64,000 nt of DNA. It comes from Cetorhinus maximus. Its lineage: Eukaryota. Numbering within the stretch: position 1 is the stretch's first letter; every line of letters begins with the position of its first letter. The position numbers and the translations under genes were made by a program. Below are positions 38,270 to 51,445 of the stretch, one piece after another. The DNA is taken from assembly GCF_964194155.1 (NCBI RefSeq), contig NC_135901.1, positions 60,760,001-60,824,000 on the forward strand, given 5' to 3'. Below the pieces are notes generated by a model, which saw only the letters and a list, made by a program, of their open reading frames with translations, searched no databases and was not told where the DNA came from.

Positions 38270-38800
38270 CTGCGGGAGTTGGATTCTGCTGTTATTGCTG
38301 CTGTTAATCACATCCAGGACTGAACCATGTTCATTCTGACAATTGGGATTTGTTTCTGCTGATGTTAACAATCCCTGTAACTGGGCTGGAGTTTAATATC
38401 CTGGATCTATGGCTGATTGTGTTCTCGGGGCTGCAGTGTCCCTTTAAGAATCGCTGTCTCTGATCTTTCCCCATAATTCAGGAACTCTCATCAGAAATTA
38501 GTTTACAACTAGATTCTGAACTTTTACTTCAATCTCAAATTGATCTTTTGTACAAACTCTACAATTCAGTGTCTGAGAGGTTCCACTGATTAACATCTCC
38601 AATTAGAAAGTGCTGATTAATCTTTGCTGCCAATTCTTACTGACTTGCACATTACTCACAGTGACACCTCCATTATCCATCAGGAAGAAGGGGAATGGGA
38701 CTTGGTGGAAAATCGAGAGTTCCCAAATGTTACCCCTCCCGCCGGATACAGAAATCCCCTCGGCACAGGAATGGAGACAAGTTCAATCCAAGTAATGGAC

Positions 38801-40130
38801 TGTAAGAAATCACTGTCTAATAACTTATTAAAATCTTCAGAAGTGTTTGGAATATTACAAAACAGCTCTCTCTCTCTTATGAAGAAAGCTTCCATAGCAG
38901 CTTGCTGGCTGACAAACACATAACAGGCCTGTTATCTCTGCCAAGGACATGTCTCTAGCACGGGCCCTGAAATGAGACATTTCTAACCCTGATACGATTG
39001 GATCTCATGACCCAAACGTAAACCAACTGTCTGTGTAAAGGTTAAAACAGGCTCTCGAGAGCACAGAGATATTGACGTGATCCACACTGGCTTCAGCCCA
39101 ATACCCACACTCTGGCTCACACCAGTTAACCGTTCAGAGGAGACTGTCACCACCAGCTACAGAGACCAGCATTCACTCTGTGTCATCCATCCGTTTGTCC
39201 TCCGGGACCAGTAAACCGTTCTCACCTGTCACGGGTCGTGTGTTTTCCTGTCTATTTAGCTTATGCATCATATTTAAACTGTTGCTTCTCAATAAACTAC
39301 TTTAAAATCACTTCTGAGCTCGATCCCCTTTTCAAGTAATCTGTGATTCCCGAACCTAAATCGTACAAGTGGTGTTAGGAGTGGGATCACAGTGCTCGAG
39401 ATCATAGGATTGAGAGGCAACAGTCTTAGTTAAACGTGAATGGAGAAGTTCCTAAGTGAAGCCAGGAGAAGACAATGGCATTAACACATTACAGGGAGCG
39501 ACTGATAGATAGTCTGACAGTAAAAACAGGGGGGCTGGGGGTGAGAGATATCCTGGGGATTGGAGAAGAGTGTGACCGGGATTACGAGTATATCCGCATT
39601 AGGATTTCTAAAGAGGGTCAGAAAGGACAAATTAAGTTGAAGAAGGTCTATAATCAGTTAGAAAATATCCACAAGGAGAATGCAGGTGAACAGAGAGCTG
39701 GAGAATCTTGAAAGTCCGTGCATGAACTTCTGTTTGAACCAGATGTATTTACCACGTCAATAATTTAGAATTGTGTGAGATGATCGGCAGGTGGGGAGGA
39801 TAAATCTAAGTTGATAGTTATCACATTTTAGTGGAAAAGTTTTGACATTTACTCTTGGTGGCAGCTCAAAGGTTTGTGTTGCTGATTCTGATAATTCTAG
39901 TAGCTTTAGTATGTTATCTACAGTTTGTCATCAAGAAATTAGGAAAACAAGCACGTGGCTTAGAAATAGTGAGGTTAGTCAGAAATCAGTTGTGAGAAGT
40001 CAATAAGGATATTCCCTTCTCAAGCTGGGGAGATCTGTAAGAAATCACTGTCTAATAACCTTATAAAGTCTTCAGAAATGTACTAAATATTATAGGAAAA
40101 GATCTTGGCCTGACAAATGTAGGACAACAT
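38801..40130 (+). mobile_element. Internally deleted provirus: 5' LTR, PBS(Leu), gag-like start, env C-terminus, PPT, truncated 3' LTR (copy 3)
   Basis: LTR TGTAAG..CGTACA 38801-39367 with AATAAA at 39291; TGGTGTTAGGAGTGGGAT at 39370-39387; ORF from 39475; LTR start repeated at 40036 after a purine-rich tract. Confidence 0.8.
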
Positions 40131-40981
40131 ATCGCAATGTTACCTCATAGGGACGGACTCGGTAGTCAGGGAACAGAATTTATAGTGGTGACCGAAGACA
40201 ATGGCTTTGATTTTCCCAATTTTTAATTGAGGAAATTTCAGCTCATCCAGTACTGGGTGTGGGATAAGCAGTTTGATAATTTAGTAACAGTGGAGGAATG
40301 GAGAGGGATGGTGGTGAGGTAGAGCTGGGTGTTGTCTGTGTACATGTGAAAACTAACACGGTGCTTTTGGATGATGTCACCGAGTGGCAGCATGTAGATG
40401 AGAAATAGGAGGGATCAAGGATAGATCCCTTTTTTAGGATGGGTCAGGATGGGGGATTTAAAGGTGAGAGGATCAGTAGCAGAAGAGAGAGAGAAGTGTT
40501 AACAATATCAGCTAACATGGAGAAGTTGGGTGATCAGTAGTTCAGTGAGAGTGGGGTCAGTACAGCAGAAAGTGGGTCTCATGGACAAGATGAGCACTGA
40601 GAGGACACGAGGGGAGGTGGGAGAGAAACTGGAGAAAGATGTGGGTTCAGGGCTCAGACAAGGAGGAACTTTAGAGACAGTTTGCCCCGGTGGGTTAGTG
40701 GAAGGGAGGGAAGCAGCAGAGGCAGCTGGTCGGATTGTCTCAATCTTAGTGACAAAGAAGCTCCATGAGCTCCTCACACTTGTTGTTGAGAGATACCGTG
40801 TCAAGATATTGAAAAGACTTGACACATTGTGTTTAACACAAAGCTAATTTATTTGATTTTTATCCAGAACATAAACCCCGATAACTGACCGGGAGTTTAT
40901 TAACAGAAAAGCAGAAAAGAGACTTCAATGAACATGGTTCAATCCTGGAAGTTATTTCACAACAGCATCCAATCACTGTAG

Positions 40982-41428
40982 TTACTTGTGAACTCGCTGG
41001 TGTCTCAACAGGTGGGATAACTGAGTGAATCACTTTCCACTCTCGGAGCAGGTGACCGGTCTCTCCGCATTGTGACTGTGCTGGCGTTCAGTGAGCTGAG
41101 ATGACCAACTGGACCCAGTCCTGCACTGAGACCTGAGCGGTCTCTCGGCAGTTTGAACACGCTAGTGTGTCAGCAGGTTGGATGAGGTAGTGAATCCCTT
41201 CCCACATTTGGAGCAGGTGAATGGCCTCTCCCCAGTGTGACTGTGCCGATGAATTTCCAGCTGGGATGGGTAATCAAAGCCCTTCCCACAGTCCCCACAC
41301 TTGCACAGCTTCTCCCTGTTGTGAGTGCTCTTATATTTTGACAGGTCAGATGATTGGCAGAAGCCTCGTCCACACACCGAACACGTGTACGGTTTCTCCC
41401 CACTGTGAACGGTGCTTTTTCCTTCCAT
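40982..41428 (-). pseudogene. C2H2 ZNF tandem copy H2, disrupted
   Basis: [16 protein letters not shown]..; TAG at 41162-41164; downstream fingers are frameshifted and end HQRVHK*. Confidence 0.8.
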
Positions 41429-41478
41429 GTTCAAAATCCAATGATATTCCAGCTTATTAACAGATTATTGTATTAACA

Positions 41479-41871
41479 TCAGCAGAAACAGGTGAACGGC
41501 CTCTCCTCAGTGTGAGTTCGCTGGTGTACAGTGAGATGAGATGATTGCCTGAACCCAGTCCCACAGTGAGAGCACCTGAACGGTGTCTCGTCAGTGTGAA
41601 CACGCTGATGGGACATCATTGCACCAGAACTTATAAAACATTTGCCACAGTCTGAGCATTTAAAAGGTCTTTTATCAGTGTGAACTCGCTGGTGTTTCAG
41701 CAGGGTGGATGAATCAGTGAATCCCTTCCCACACTTGGAGCAGGTGAACGGTCTCTCCCCAGTGTGACTGTGTCGATGAGTTTCCAGCTCAGACGGGAAT
41801 CTGAATCCCTTCCCACAATCCCCACATTTCCACAGTGTCTCCCCACTGTGAACGGTGCCTTTTCCTTCCAT
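41479..41871 (-). CDS. C2H2 ZNF gene H1, 4 fingers, C-terminally truncated
   Basis: [26 protein letters not shown]; open frame, but the fifth finger runs into the 3'UTR motif tgtttctgctgatgttaata, implying a deletion; acceptor near 41978. Confidence 0.6.
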   Translation of the reverse strand: MEGKGTVHSGETLWKCGDCGKGFRFPSELETHRHSHTGERPFTCSKCGKGFTDSSTLLKHQRVHTDKRPFKCSDCGKCFISSGAMMSHQRVHTDETPFRCSHCGTGFRQSSHLTVHQRTHTEERPFTCFC

Positions 41872-42777
41872 GTTCAAAATCCGATGATATTCAGGTCACA
41901 AATTAGGCGACTCCGTCAGATCCAGATGTGATGTTTGCTTTGAGTTTCCTGACTGCAAATCCTCTCCTTCTAATACCCTGTGAAATTGATTTAAAACAGA
42001 AAAAGGTGAGTGAGAGAGAACCCACAATAACAGGTTGTAAAATTGAGCTGAATGAATCTGGGAATTTGTGGTGCTGCCACTAGCTATAAGTGACCATGAA
42101 AGCTGCCAGATTGGAATAAAAATTCAACTGCTTCACTAATGTCCTTCAGGGAAGGGAACCTGCCAACTGGTCTAAGCCTACACAGGACTCTGGCCCACAA
42201 GGGAGCAGAGGGAGAGAGAGGTGGGAGATGTAGGAGGTGAAGGGATATCTACAACATAACAAGAACTTTGACAGAATCTCCAGAAACCTCAACCAACTAG
42301 AAGGACCAGGGTGGCAGGTGTGTGTGAACACCATCACCTCCAAGGTCCCCTCCCTGTCACACACTGTCCTGACTTGTCTGGATGAACAGAAATTTCCTCC
42401 ATTTAAATATTGGGAAGATTGAAGCCATTGTCTTCAGTCCCCGCTACAAACTCCACTCCCTGACCACTGGCTCCATCCCTCTCCCTGACAACTGTCTGAG
42501 GCTGAACCAGACATTCATAGGGACATAGGAGTAGGCGTAGGCCATTCAGCCCATTGAACCTGCTCCACCATTCAATCTGATCAAAGTCTTTTTCCCACAC
42601 TATCCACATATCCCTTTAAGTAATTGCTCAACCTGTCATCCATTCCTTTGTTCTTCTAGTGTAACTATCCTAACACTCACCCGGCAGGCCTCCCACATTC
42701 AGCCTCCCTGTAATCCAGAACTCTGATTACTCACACCAAGTTTTGTTCACCCCTGTACTCACTGACTTACAAAGGCT

Positions 42778-43330
42778 CTGGGAATATTGTGAGCAATTTT
42801 GGGCATCGTATCTCAGGAAGGATGTGCTGGCCCTGGAGAGGGTCCAGAGGAGGTTCACGAGAATGATCCCAGGAATGAAAGGCTTAACATATGAGGAACG
42901 TTTGAGGACTCTGGGTCTATACTCAATGGAGTTTAGAAGGATGAGGGGGGATCTGATTGAAACTTACAGAATACTGAAAGGCCTGGATAGAGTAGACGTG
43001 GGGAAGATGTTTCCATTAGTAGGAGAGACATGGACTCGATGGCACAGCCTCAGAGTAAAGGGAAGACCTTTTAGAACAGAGATGAGGAGAAACTTCTTTA
43101 GCCAGAGTGGTGAATCTATGGAAGTCATTGCCACAGAAGGCTGTGGAGGCCAGGTCATTGAGTGTATTTAAGACCGAGATAGATAGGTTCTTGATTGGTA
43201 AGGGGATCAAAGGTTACAGGGAGAAGGCGGGAGAATGGAGTTGAGAAACTTATCAGCCATGATTGAACGGCGGAGCAGACACGATGGGCCGAATGGCCCA
43301 ATTTCTGCTCCTATGTCTTATGGTCTTATG
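42778..43330 (+). mobile_element. CR1 3' fragment inserted into an L2 copy
   Basis: EYCEQFWASYLRKDVLALERVQRRFTRMIPG; tail ends tatgtcttatggtcttatgg; absent from the paralogous L2 at 2900-3680. Confidence 0.85.
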
Positions 43331-45019
43331 GGTTAAGGAGAACCTCAATTTTAAATTTCTCATCCATGTTTTCAAATCCCTTCATGGTCTCTCCCTCCCT
43401 ACCTCTGTAATCTCCTCCAGCCTCACAATCCTCCGAGATATCTACACTTCTCTAATTCCCACCTCCTCAGCATTTAACTGCTCCACCTTTGGTGTCTCCC
43501 CCAGCAACTGCCAAGGCCACAAACTCTGGAATTTCCTCCCTAATCCTCTCCACCTCACTTTCCACCTTTAAGATACTCCTTAAAATCTAACTCTTTTTGT
43601 AAACCTTTGTTCATCTGCCCTGATATCTCTTCATGTGGCTTGGTGTCAAATGTTGCTTTCCTACGATCCTGTGAAATGCCTTGGAATCTCCGATTACACA
43701 AAGTGGAAGAGAAATGGACAATAGTGCAGGAAAAACAATTCCTGACTATGAAAGATACTGTGGGAAGATAAAGCTGGTGAGCCAGCAGCACATGGTCAGG
43801 GGATGGGCATTGGTGGAAACCTCATTTAGACATGGTCAGCAGAAGTAACAATAAAATACAAAACATAACTCAAATAAATCCATTATTAGAGACAGAGGAA
43901 GGTGGACTATGGCAGAGAGGTGATCAGGGAGGGCAGAGATGAAACAGAGCAATGGAGGGACATGGAATTAGATCCACAGTAAAAGAGCCACACTAGGCCC
44001 AGAGCTAAGAAACCTCTCACAAATAACAGAGCACAGCACTAAAAGCTCTAAATTGTAGGTGAATGGTCAAAAATACTAAACTCTGAAACAGTTTCAGTAT
44101 TCAATTTTAAAATCTCCTGCTGGAGCCTGCAACTGGAAAGATATCAGAAGCACTGGAATCAGTGAATCTCCCAGTTGAGGAAATACCTGGGAAGTGGGGT
44201 GATGTCACCATGTAATTGTCGATGTGTGATGAGGTCAAAGACACAAACACAGAACATCTGGGTCTGTGCAAACCAGTGATCACCACACATAATGAAGGAT
44301 GTGAGAGGTTGCGGAGGAAATTTACCAAAATGGTTCGAGGGATGAGGAACGTTAGCTGTCTGGTTAGGTTGGTGAAACTGGGGTTGTTCCCCTTGGAACA
44401 AAGTAGATTGAGGGGAGATTTGATAGAGGGCTACAAGATTGGCTTAGATAAGGTCATTAAAGAAAAGTTGTTCACATTATCTGATTGTAAAATGATTACA
44501 GGACACAGATTTAAGATTTGGGGTAAAATCGACAGGGGTGATGTGAGGAAGAAATTTTACACAGCGAGTGGTAATGACCTGGAACTCAATACTTAAGTTC
44601 AAAGGCCGATAATATCCCGGCTCCAATGAATAGAGTGACTCTGTCAGATCTTGATGTGATGTTTTGTTTCAGGTTCTTTGTCTGCAAATCCTTCCCATTT
44701 AAGATCTGGTAAATCGATTATAAAAAAATCTTCACTGTCAGTCCAGCAACCTTTCACCGCACTGAAACCTTCAATTTGAAGATGAATACTCAATAATACT
44801 CACTGTTTTCGAATTTAAAATCCCCTGTGAGAGCCTGCAGCTGGAAAGGTATCAGAAGCACTGGAAGCAGCTGTAAAAAGAGATCATAAAGTGGTCAGTG
44901 TCAGTCCAGGTTAGAAAATGAGAAGAGAAACATTTCTCTTGGTTTGAGTTTGCTGTGTGTAAATTCTCCCCTTCTAACTCCCTGTAAAAGTGGTTTCGAA
45001 AATCCATCCGTCAGTCCAG

Positions 45020-45450
45020 GATAGAAATGCACAATATTGTCTCCTCCTGTCACCTGGACCAGGATGACCGCGCATGCGCCCTGCTGCCCGCTCCCCCGGG
45101 CTGAGCAGAGGGAGAGATCCAGCCATTGCCGGTCTGTTCGCTGCAAACGTATGACCGGTAGTTAGATATTAAGGGTCCGCGGCCTGCACTGAATGTTAAT
45201 GAACCCTTCCTGCCCACTCCGCTGGCTCCATTCCTCCCGCCCACCCACTAACTCTGTTATTCTGCTGGAGACGCTATTTTTTTACCCACCCTTTGCGACT
45301 CCGGTCACAGGACAGCACTGCGCATGCTCAGGAAGGAGACAGCAATGTGCAGGTGCCAATTACATTCTGAAGTGCGCATGCGCAGGTCCCTGGCTCTCTG
45401 GAAAGGGCACATTCTCTCCCGCTCTGAATGCTGGGTGACAGATCCGCCAT
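45020..45450 (-). promoter_or_regulatory. CpG-rich promoter/first exon of ZNF gene H
   Basis: GCGCATGCGC near 45070 and TGCGCATGCGCA near 45373; homologous to 1206-1700. Confidence 0.6.
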
Positions 45451-47244
45451 TGGGTGTCTGTATTTTTGTATATAAACTTATTTTTTATGATCCGATGATG
45501 ACTGTAGAATTGGGGTCAAGATGTAAAATTACTAAATCAATTGATACAACTAAGTGCATGCGCCACCACCATACTTCTGCCCTGTGTGTAATTAACAACA
45601 GAACAAGCTCCTACAGTTAGATAAAAGCAAAATACTGTGGATGCTGGAAATCTGAAACAAAAACAAAAATTACCTACGGTTAGATGTCAATTCACTGGAT
45701 TCTTAGCAGGTGAGGTGAAGAATTGATTTTTCCTAACATGCACTGAACATTTAAACTCTGTATTGTCAGTAAGAATGTGCCTAATGTGGATTAAACCTTT
45801 TGAACTTTTAAAGCTGGTTTGTTAACTAGTGGCCAAACTTTGCACGCATGAAGTGCCTAAATTTTCTCCATCAGAGATGACTGCTGCTGTGTCAACTAAG
45901 TAGATAATCGAGTGAATCCATTTTCACATTCGGCTGGTGAATGATGTTTTCATCGTGTCACTTTACCCAGGAGTGTCCAGCTGAGACTTGGATCTCGAAT
46001 CCTTCTGGAAATGAGTTCTACATTCTCATCCAAGGAAAAGGGAAAAGCGATGCTGTAAATCTATAATAGAAACAGAACATTTTGGAGTTCGACACAGGTC
46101 TGGTAGCGTCTGTGGAGAGAGAGACACATTTTTCATTTCATGTCTATGACTTTTCAGTAGAACTGTCCAGAATCAGTGCACAGACCTAAAAACATAACTC
46201 TGATCCCCAATCCACCGACATTCCCAAATATTCTGAGTATTTCCATCACTTTATGCTTTTATCTCTGGTTAAAGACGTTGCTTATGAATTTTGACATTGG
46301 ATTTATTGGTGATTCACTTATATTGATTCCTGTGTATCCGCCAGTGGAAGCATCTTCCAAACCCTTTCCTGATATTAGCAGCTTCGATCAGGTCCTCTCT
46401 TACCCTATTTTCTAGAGAAAAGCTGTTTAACCTGTTCAATCGTTTTTGAATGTTATAACTTTCCAGTAAACCTTTCTTGAACTTCTCTAGTGCTTTTAGA
46501 TCCATCTAATAATATGAAGGCAGTGCGAATTGGAGTATCAAACTCATCATTGCCCCGCAAATGCCTGTATAATGGATGGATCAGTATTGCAGTGGGAGAG
46601 ACAACATTGTTCCAAGTTGTTATTCGTCAAGCTGTATTTCAGCCATTTTCCCATCAGCAGAACTTAAGATGAAATGAACACATCCAGTGGAAAAAATTTC
46701 GAAAGTTGGTGTTACTTTTGTTTGTGTCTTGCTCACTCCCGTGTCCTGTAAATGCTGCTCGAAGGCTTAGTGACCAGGATATAAGCTCCCTGCGTTTTCC
46801 TGAGCCTGTGCTCGGTGTATTAGGGGATTTGGCCCGGGTTGGAGTATCTTGCGTCCCAGGGATGGGCAGTAACCCGCTGATTGAAGCTTTAGTCGCCGCT
46901 TTCTGCTGGCAGCAGGTGATTGGAGAGCGTGGGGTGGAATATTGCTGCTTTTCTGCTTTTCCCGATCTCACTCACTGTGGAGCTGAGGAACAGCGAATCA
47001 GTGATGGCTTTGTTTGGGTCCAATAACTTCATAGATTTCTAAAAGGCTCAATGTAGGTACATGGTAGTTCCAAAAGTTCTTTCATTATATTGCGGATTAA
47101 TCTTTGTAAAAATTGCTGTTTTGTGGGAACTGGCTGGATAACTGCAGAGCTGGCAATGTTTGGGGGATATTTTCTTGCAGCCAATATACCCAATAACAAT
47201 CCGGAATTGAGTGATATTGAATGCGGATGGGAGCAAATTGTGAC

Positions 47245-48029
47245 AATATCCAGGCTTGGGCTGACAAGCGGCAAGTAACATTTGCACAACGCAAGCATCA
47301 GGCAATGACCATCTTCAACAAGAGAGAATCTAACCATCGCCCCTTGATGTTCAATGGAATTACCATCCCTGAATCCCTCACTAATAACATCCTGGGACTT
47401 ATCATTGACCAGAAACTGAACTGGACTGACCAAATAAATACTGTGGCTACAAGAGCAGTTCAGAAGCTAGGAATCCAGCGAATAGTAAATCACCTCCTGA
47501 TTCCCCAAAGCCTATCCACAAGGCACAAGTCAGGAGAGTGGTGGAATTCTCTCCACTTTCCTGGATGAGTGCAGCTCCCACAACACTCAAGAAGCTTGAC
47601 ACCATCCAGGATAAAGCAGCTCGCTTGATTGGCACCCCATCCACAAACATTCACTCCCTCCACCACGGACTCACAATAGCAGCAGTGTGTACCATATACA
47701 ATGTGCACTGTAGGAATTCACCAAGGCTCGTTAGACACCATCTTCCAAACTCATGACCACTACCACTTGGAAGGACAAGGGCAGCAATACAGGGGAACAC
47801 CACCATCTGGAAGTTCCCCTTCAAGTCACCCACCATCCTGACTTGGAAATATATCGCCATTCCTTCACTGGAACTCCCTTCCTATCAGCACTGTGAGTGT
47901 ACCTACACCACAGGGACTGCAGCGGTTCAAGAAGGCAGCTCACCACCACCTTCTCAAAGGCAACTAAGGCTGGGCAATAGCTGCTGGCCCTGCCAGCGAA
48001 CCCCACATCCCATGAATGATTTTAAAAAA
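47245..48029 (+). mobile_element. 5'-truncated LINE (same family as 62460-63832)
   Basis: NIQAWADKRQVTFA..ILGLIIDQKLNWT..LDTIQDKAARLI; tail cacatcccatgaatg. Confidence 0.8.
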
Positions 48030-48204
48030 CGTGGATGATTTCGAACCACAAGCCCTTTAGTTAGCAGCTGACTAGAGAGATCACTCTTCATTCCCCTTTG
48101 ATTCTGGTTCAGGAAGAGTTTGATATAGTAGATAGGGAGAAACTGTTTCCACTGACGAGGGTCAGTGACCAGAGGACTGGGATTTAAGATAATTCAAGAA
48201 AGAC

Positions 48205-48400
48205 AGACTTCATTTATATAACCCTGTTCCCGATCAGCGGATGTCTCAAAACGCTTTCTGGCCAATGAATGACTTTTTGAAGTGTTGTCATTGTTGTGAT
48301 GTAGGAAGCACGGCAGCCAATCACCAGTCAGCAAACTCCCACAAACAGCAATGTCATTGTGAGCGGATGATGTGTTTGTGTGACGTTGACTGAGGGACAC
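48205..48400 (-). mobile_element. Deu-domain SINE fragment (SacSINE1/AmnSINE-like)
   Basis: Reverse complement reads cattgctgtttgtgggagtttgctg..ttggctgccgtgcttcctacat..aaagcgttttgagacatcc..tatataaatgaagt. Confidence 0.55.
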
Positions 48401-48933
48401 ATGGCTATGAGATCAAGTACCTCCTCATTTTTCTCAGTCGATATATACAATCTAATTCCTCTTGCTGTACAACCTGTTACAGAGATTGTTACAGAAAAGA
48501 GGGAAAGGCTTGCTACAGCTATACAAAGCCCTGGTTAGATCACACCTGAAGGACTGTGTATAATTCTGAGAATGACACCTTATAAAGAATCAATATTTGC
48601 CTTGAAAGTGTCAGAGGTGCCGCATTGATGAGGTTGGTGGGTTTTGGAAATTGAAAGTTGTACATCTGCAGCTTGTGGCACTATTTCACCTTACTGTTCA
48701 CTTCATCTTCATGTCTAACACACTCGATGCTGTTATTGGCTGAACGAGTCATCTGTGTTTGAACTAAACATGCTATTATTTTGGAAGGAAGAACGGGGAG
48801 AGACAGTAAAAATTGCAGGGTTCCGGAGAAAATGTCGGGTAATGGCAGGGACAGGACGGGCAGAAGGCCCACTTTCTCTGTTGTAACCATTCTTTGATTT
48901 GATACAAATAATATTTCCCAAACAGCGCGTGCT

Positions 48934-49015
48934 CTAGCTGTGGATGAGTTGTTAATATGATGGATTTGAAATCCAGTTGTGTTTCCTCACGGAGGTTCGA
49001 ATCTTGCCAGCTGTG
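48934..49015 (+). pseudogene. tRNA-Ser(TGA) pseudogene
   Basis: 82 nt colinear with Ser; atgga-tttgaaa-tccag and ggttcgaatc; decayed D arm. Confidence 0.7.
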
Positions 49016-49755
49016 CTTCTCATTATTTCTGATCTTAAACGGTTGCCTTCAGAATTCAATCTCATTCAAATGGAGAAAAAAACATCCAAACACATCTGTG
49101 TTCTCTTATTTCCGTTCATTTATCAGCCTTCTGAAAATCTCCAGCTGTAAATGGAACAAAAACTGGGCCAAGTTGGTGACATCCTTGCTTTCTGGGTGTT
49201 TGTCTCTCCTGAGGCCTCTGTCACTCTCAGTTTATATGTATGTCCGTGTTTCTCTGTTTGTGTCAATGTGTTTCATTTTCCCGAGGGGATGAACACACTT
49301 TACCAGCAAAAACTTTATTTAATTTAGTTGTGCAACTTCATATTGAAATGTTACTGAGAGAAATATCAGGGTGAAAGATGCAACAGGAAATTGTCTCTTT
49401 CTATGTGTGGACTACAACAACAACTTATATTTATAAAGCACCTTTAACCTGTTGAAACGTCACAAGGCGTTCCCCATGGACATTATATAACAAAGTGTGA
49501 CACTGAGCCACATATTCGGTCAGGTGACTAAAACCTCGGTCAAAGGGGGAGGCTTTAAGAACTGTCTTAAAGGAGGAAATTATCAATTTCACATTCCAGC
49601 GAACAGCAATGGTTCTTCTCATTGGTGAAGAAGTCACTTGTGTTCAACCTGAACAGACCATTTAGCCGGAGAAAGTTGACTGGTGGAAGAGATTGGGAAT
49701 GAAAAAATTCCAAAAGTAGCCTCCATGAGCCACATTTCCAGCCCGGGTAGCAGCT

Positions 49756-49827
49756 TCCCTGATGGCCGACTGGTTAGGGCTCAGCACTTTCATTGCCGCT
49801 CCCCTGGTTTGATTCCCTATCAAGGAA
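49756..49827 (+). pseudogene. tRNA-Glu(TTC) pseudogene
   Basis: tccctgatggccgactggttagg..ctttca..ggtttgattccc..aggaa, 72 nt. Confidence 0.7.
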
Positions 49828-51391
49828 TTGAGATTTGTTGCACTTGGGCGAACTGCTAAAGCCAACATTATTGTCTTCCTGGCTGAAAACAACACAGAAC
49901 AACTCTGTCAGTATCAGGGGAATGAGAGTTGAAGTTTCACATCAGAACTGAAATGTTACACGTGCAACAAGTCGAGAATAAATCCAGAGTCGGATTGAGG
50001 AAGTGAAAATAAAAGAGATGGGCTGTGATAGGTTACAAAGCACTGACTTTAGAGCTGGTGGTGCGAGGCAGAATATTATTCCTGTATTACGCATGTTACT
50101 TTCAATTCTAATTTCCTGATTTATTCCATGCCCAACATTACCACAACAGTTTGGTGGCCTATAAACAACTCCCACCAATGTTTGTTGCCTCTTACTATTT
50201 ATTAGCTCCACCCAAACTGGTTCTACATCTTGACGCTTCAATCTAAGATCCTCACCCACTAATATACCGATCTCGCCCCTTATTAACAGCGCTACCCCAC
50301 CTCCTTTTCCTTTTTGCTCATCGTTCCTAAATGATGATTGCGCTTGAATATTTAGATCAACCAATCACACTGCTCTGTCAAATCAGCACACAGGGCCGAA
50401 TGACCTATTTCTTTGCTGTAACTTTCTGTCATTTTGTGTTTCCCAACACCCCAGTTGTATCTCTCTAAGTTTTACTGCCATTTCATAACTCAATCTAGCG
50501 AGTTGTAACCCCTGCCCTTCTATCCGACGCTTTGAATTCAAGACAATGAGCAAATTCAGCGGGTTTTCTTGTCATTTCTCGCACTGAATTTGAAACCGGA
50601 CTCGTTCAACGGCAATTAAATAGTCTCAACCGTTCGCCCCTTCAAAATGAACCTGTTGTGTTGCTTCTTGCAGTGCATCTGCTAAACAGCATAAGCTCCA
50701 CTCTCTTCATAGTGAAATCCAGTGTGAAAATATGAACAATTTCAAAGCTCAACAACGTGCACAAGACTGGAAGGAGCATGTGGCTGTGGATAATTGATAC
50801 TGTGCACATTCCTGTAATCAGTATCTCGGACAATCAGGAAAATGAGATCCTGGAAACCCATCCCTTCTCAAAGCCTCGTGTCTTACATTCCCTGTCCCTG
50901 ATTCGCAGGGAAATATTGAATTCATGAACTTTCTGTGTCTGGCTCAAGCAACTAATTGACCTGGGAGCCGGAGGCGAGGCAGAGACAGAAGCAGGAAGAG
51001 ATGCAACATGAAAGTGTTTAGAATTTGATGTGTGTCAGTTACTTTCAGTGATGAATTTCTGCCGTGTGTTCCCTTGTCAGTTTCACAGGAGCCGCAGTGA
51101 TGAGGTTGGTGGGTTTTGGAAATTGAAAGTTGTACATGAGCAGCTTGAACAGCAGGTCGAACAATTGCCAGCTCAGATTGAATGTATGGGCTTGTGTGCG
51201 GTGCTTCATATTAACAGGAAGGGTGAGGAGAGACAGCATCAATATAAATTGCAGTGGGGAACAGGCGAATTTTTGGAACAGGTTAAATGGCTCTTCCAGA
51301 GAAATGGTATGGACATGATGGGCTGAATGTACTCCTCTACTGTAACCATCTATGATTTTATACCGACCATATTAACTTGTGCATAGGGCCG

Positions 51392-51445
51392 GTCGCCATA
51401 GCCGAATGGTTAAGGCGATGGAGTCCAAATCCATTGGGGTTTCCC
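51392..51445 (+). pseudogene. tRNA-Ser 5' fragment (T arm deleted)
   Basis: gccgaatggttaaggcgatgga..aaatccattggggtttccc joined directly to the Ser 3' flank. Confidence 0.65.

Noticed and set aside
38270-38400. SECIS element in the ZNF 3'UTR
   Set aside because: No AUGA..AA..GA kink-turn arrangement is recognisable by eye.
46710-46875. Short TGTTAC..GTAAC insert relative to the paralog near 56650
   Set aside because: Could be a tiny LTR or MITE remnant, but there is no TSD or second copy to support a call.
51421-51430. Ser-body tRNA with CCA (Trp) anticodon
   Set aside because: The 3' half including the B box is deleted, so it cannot be a functional recoding tRNA.
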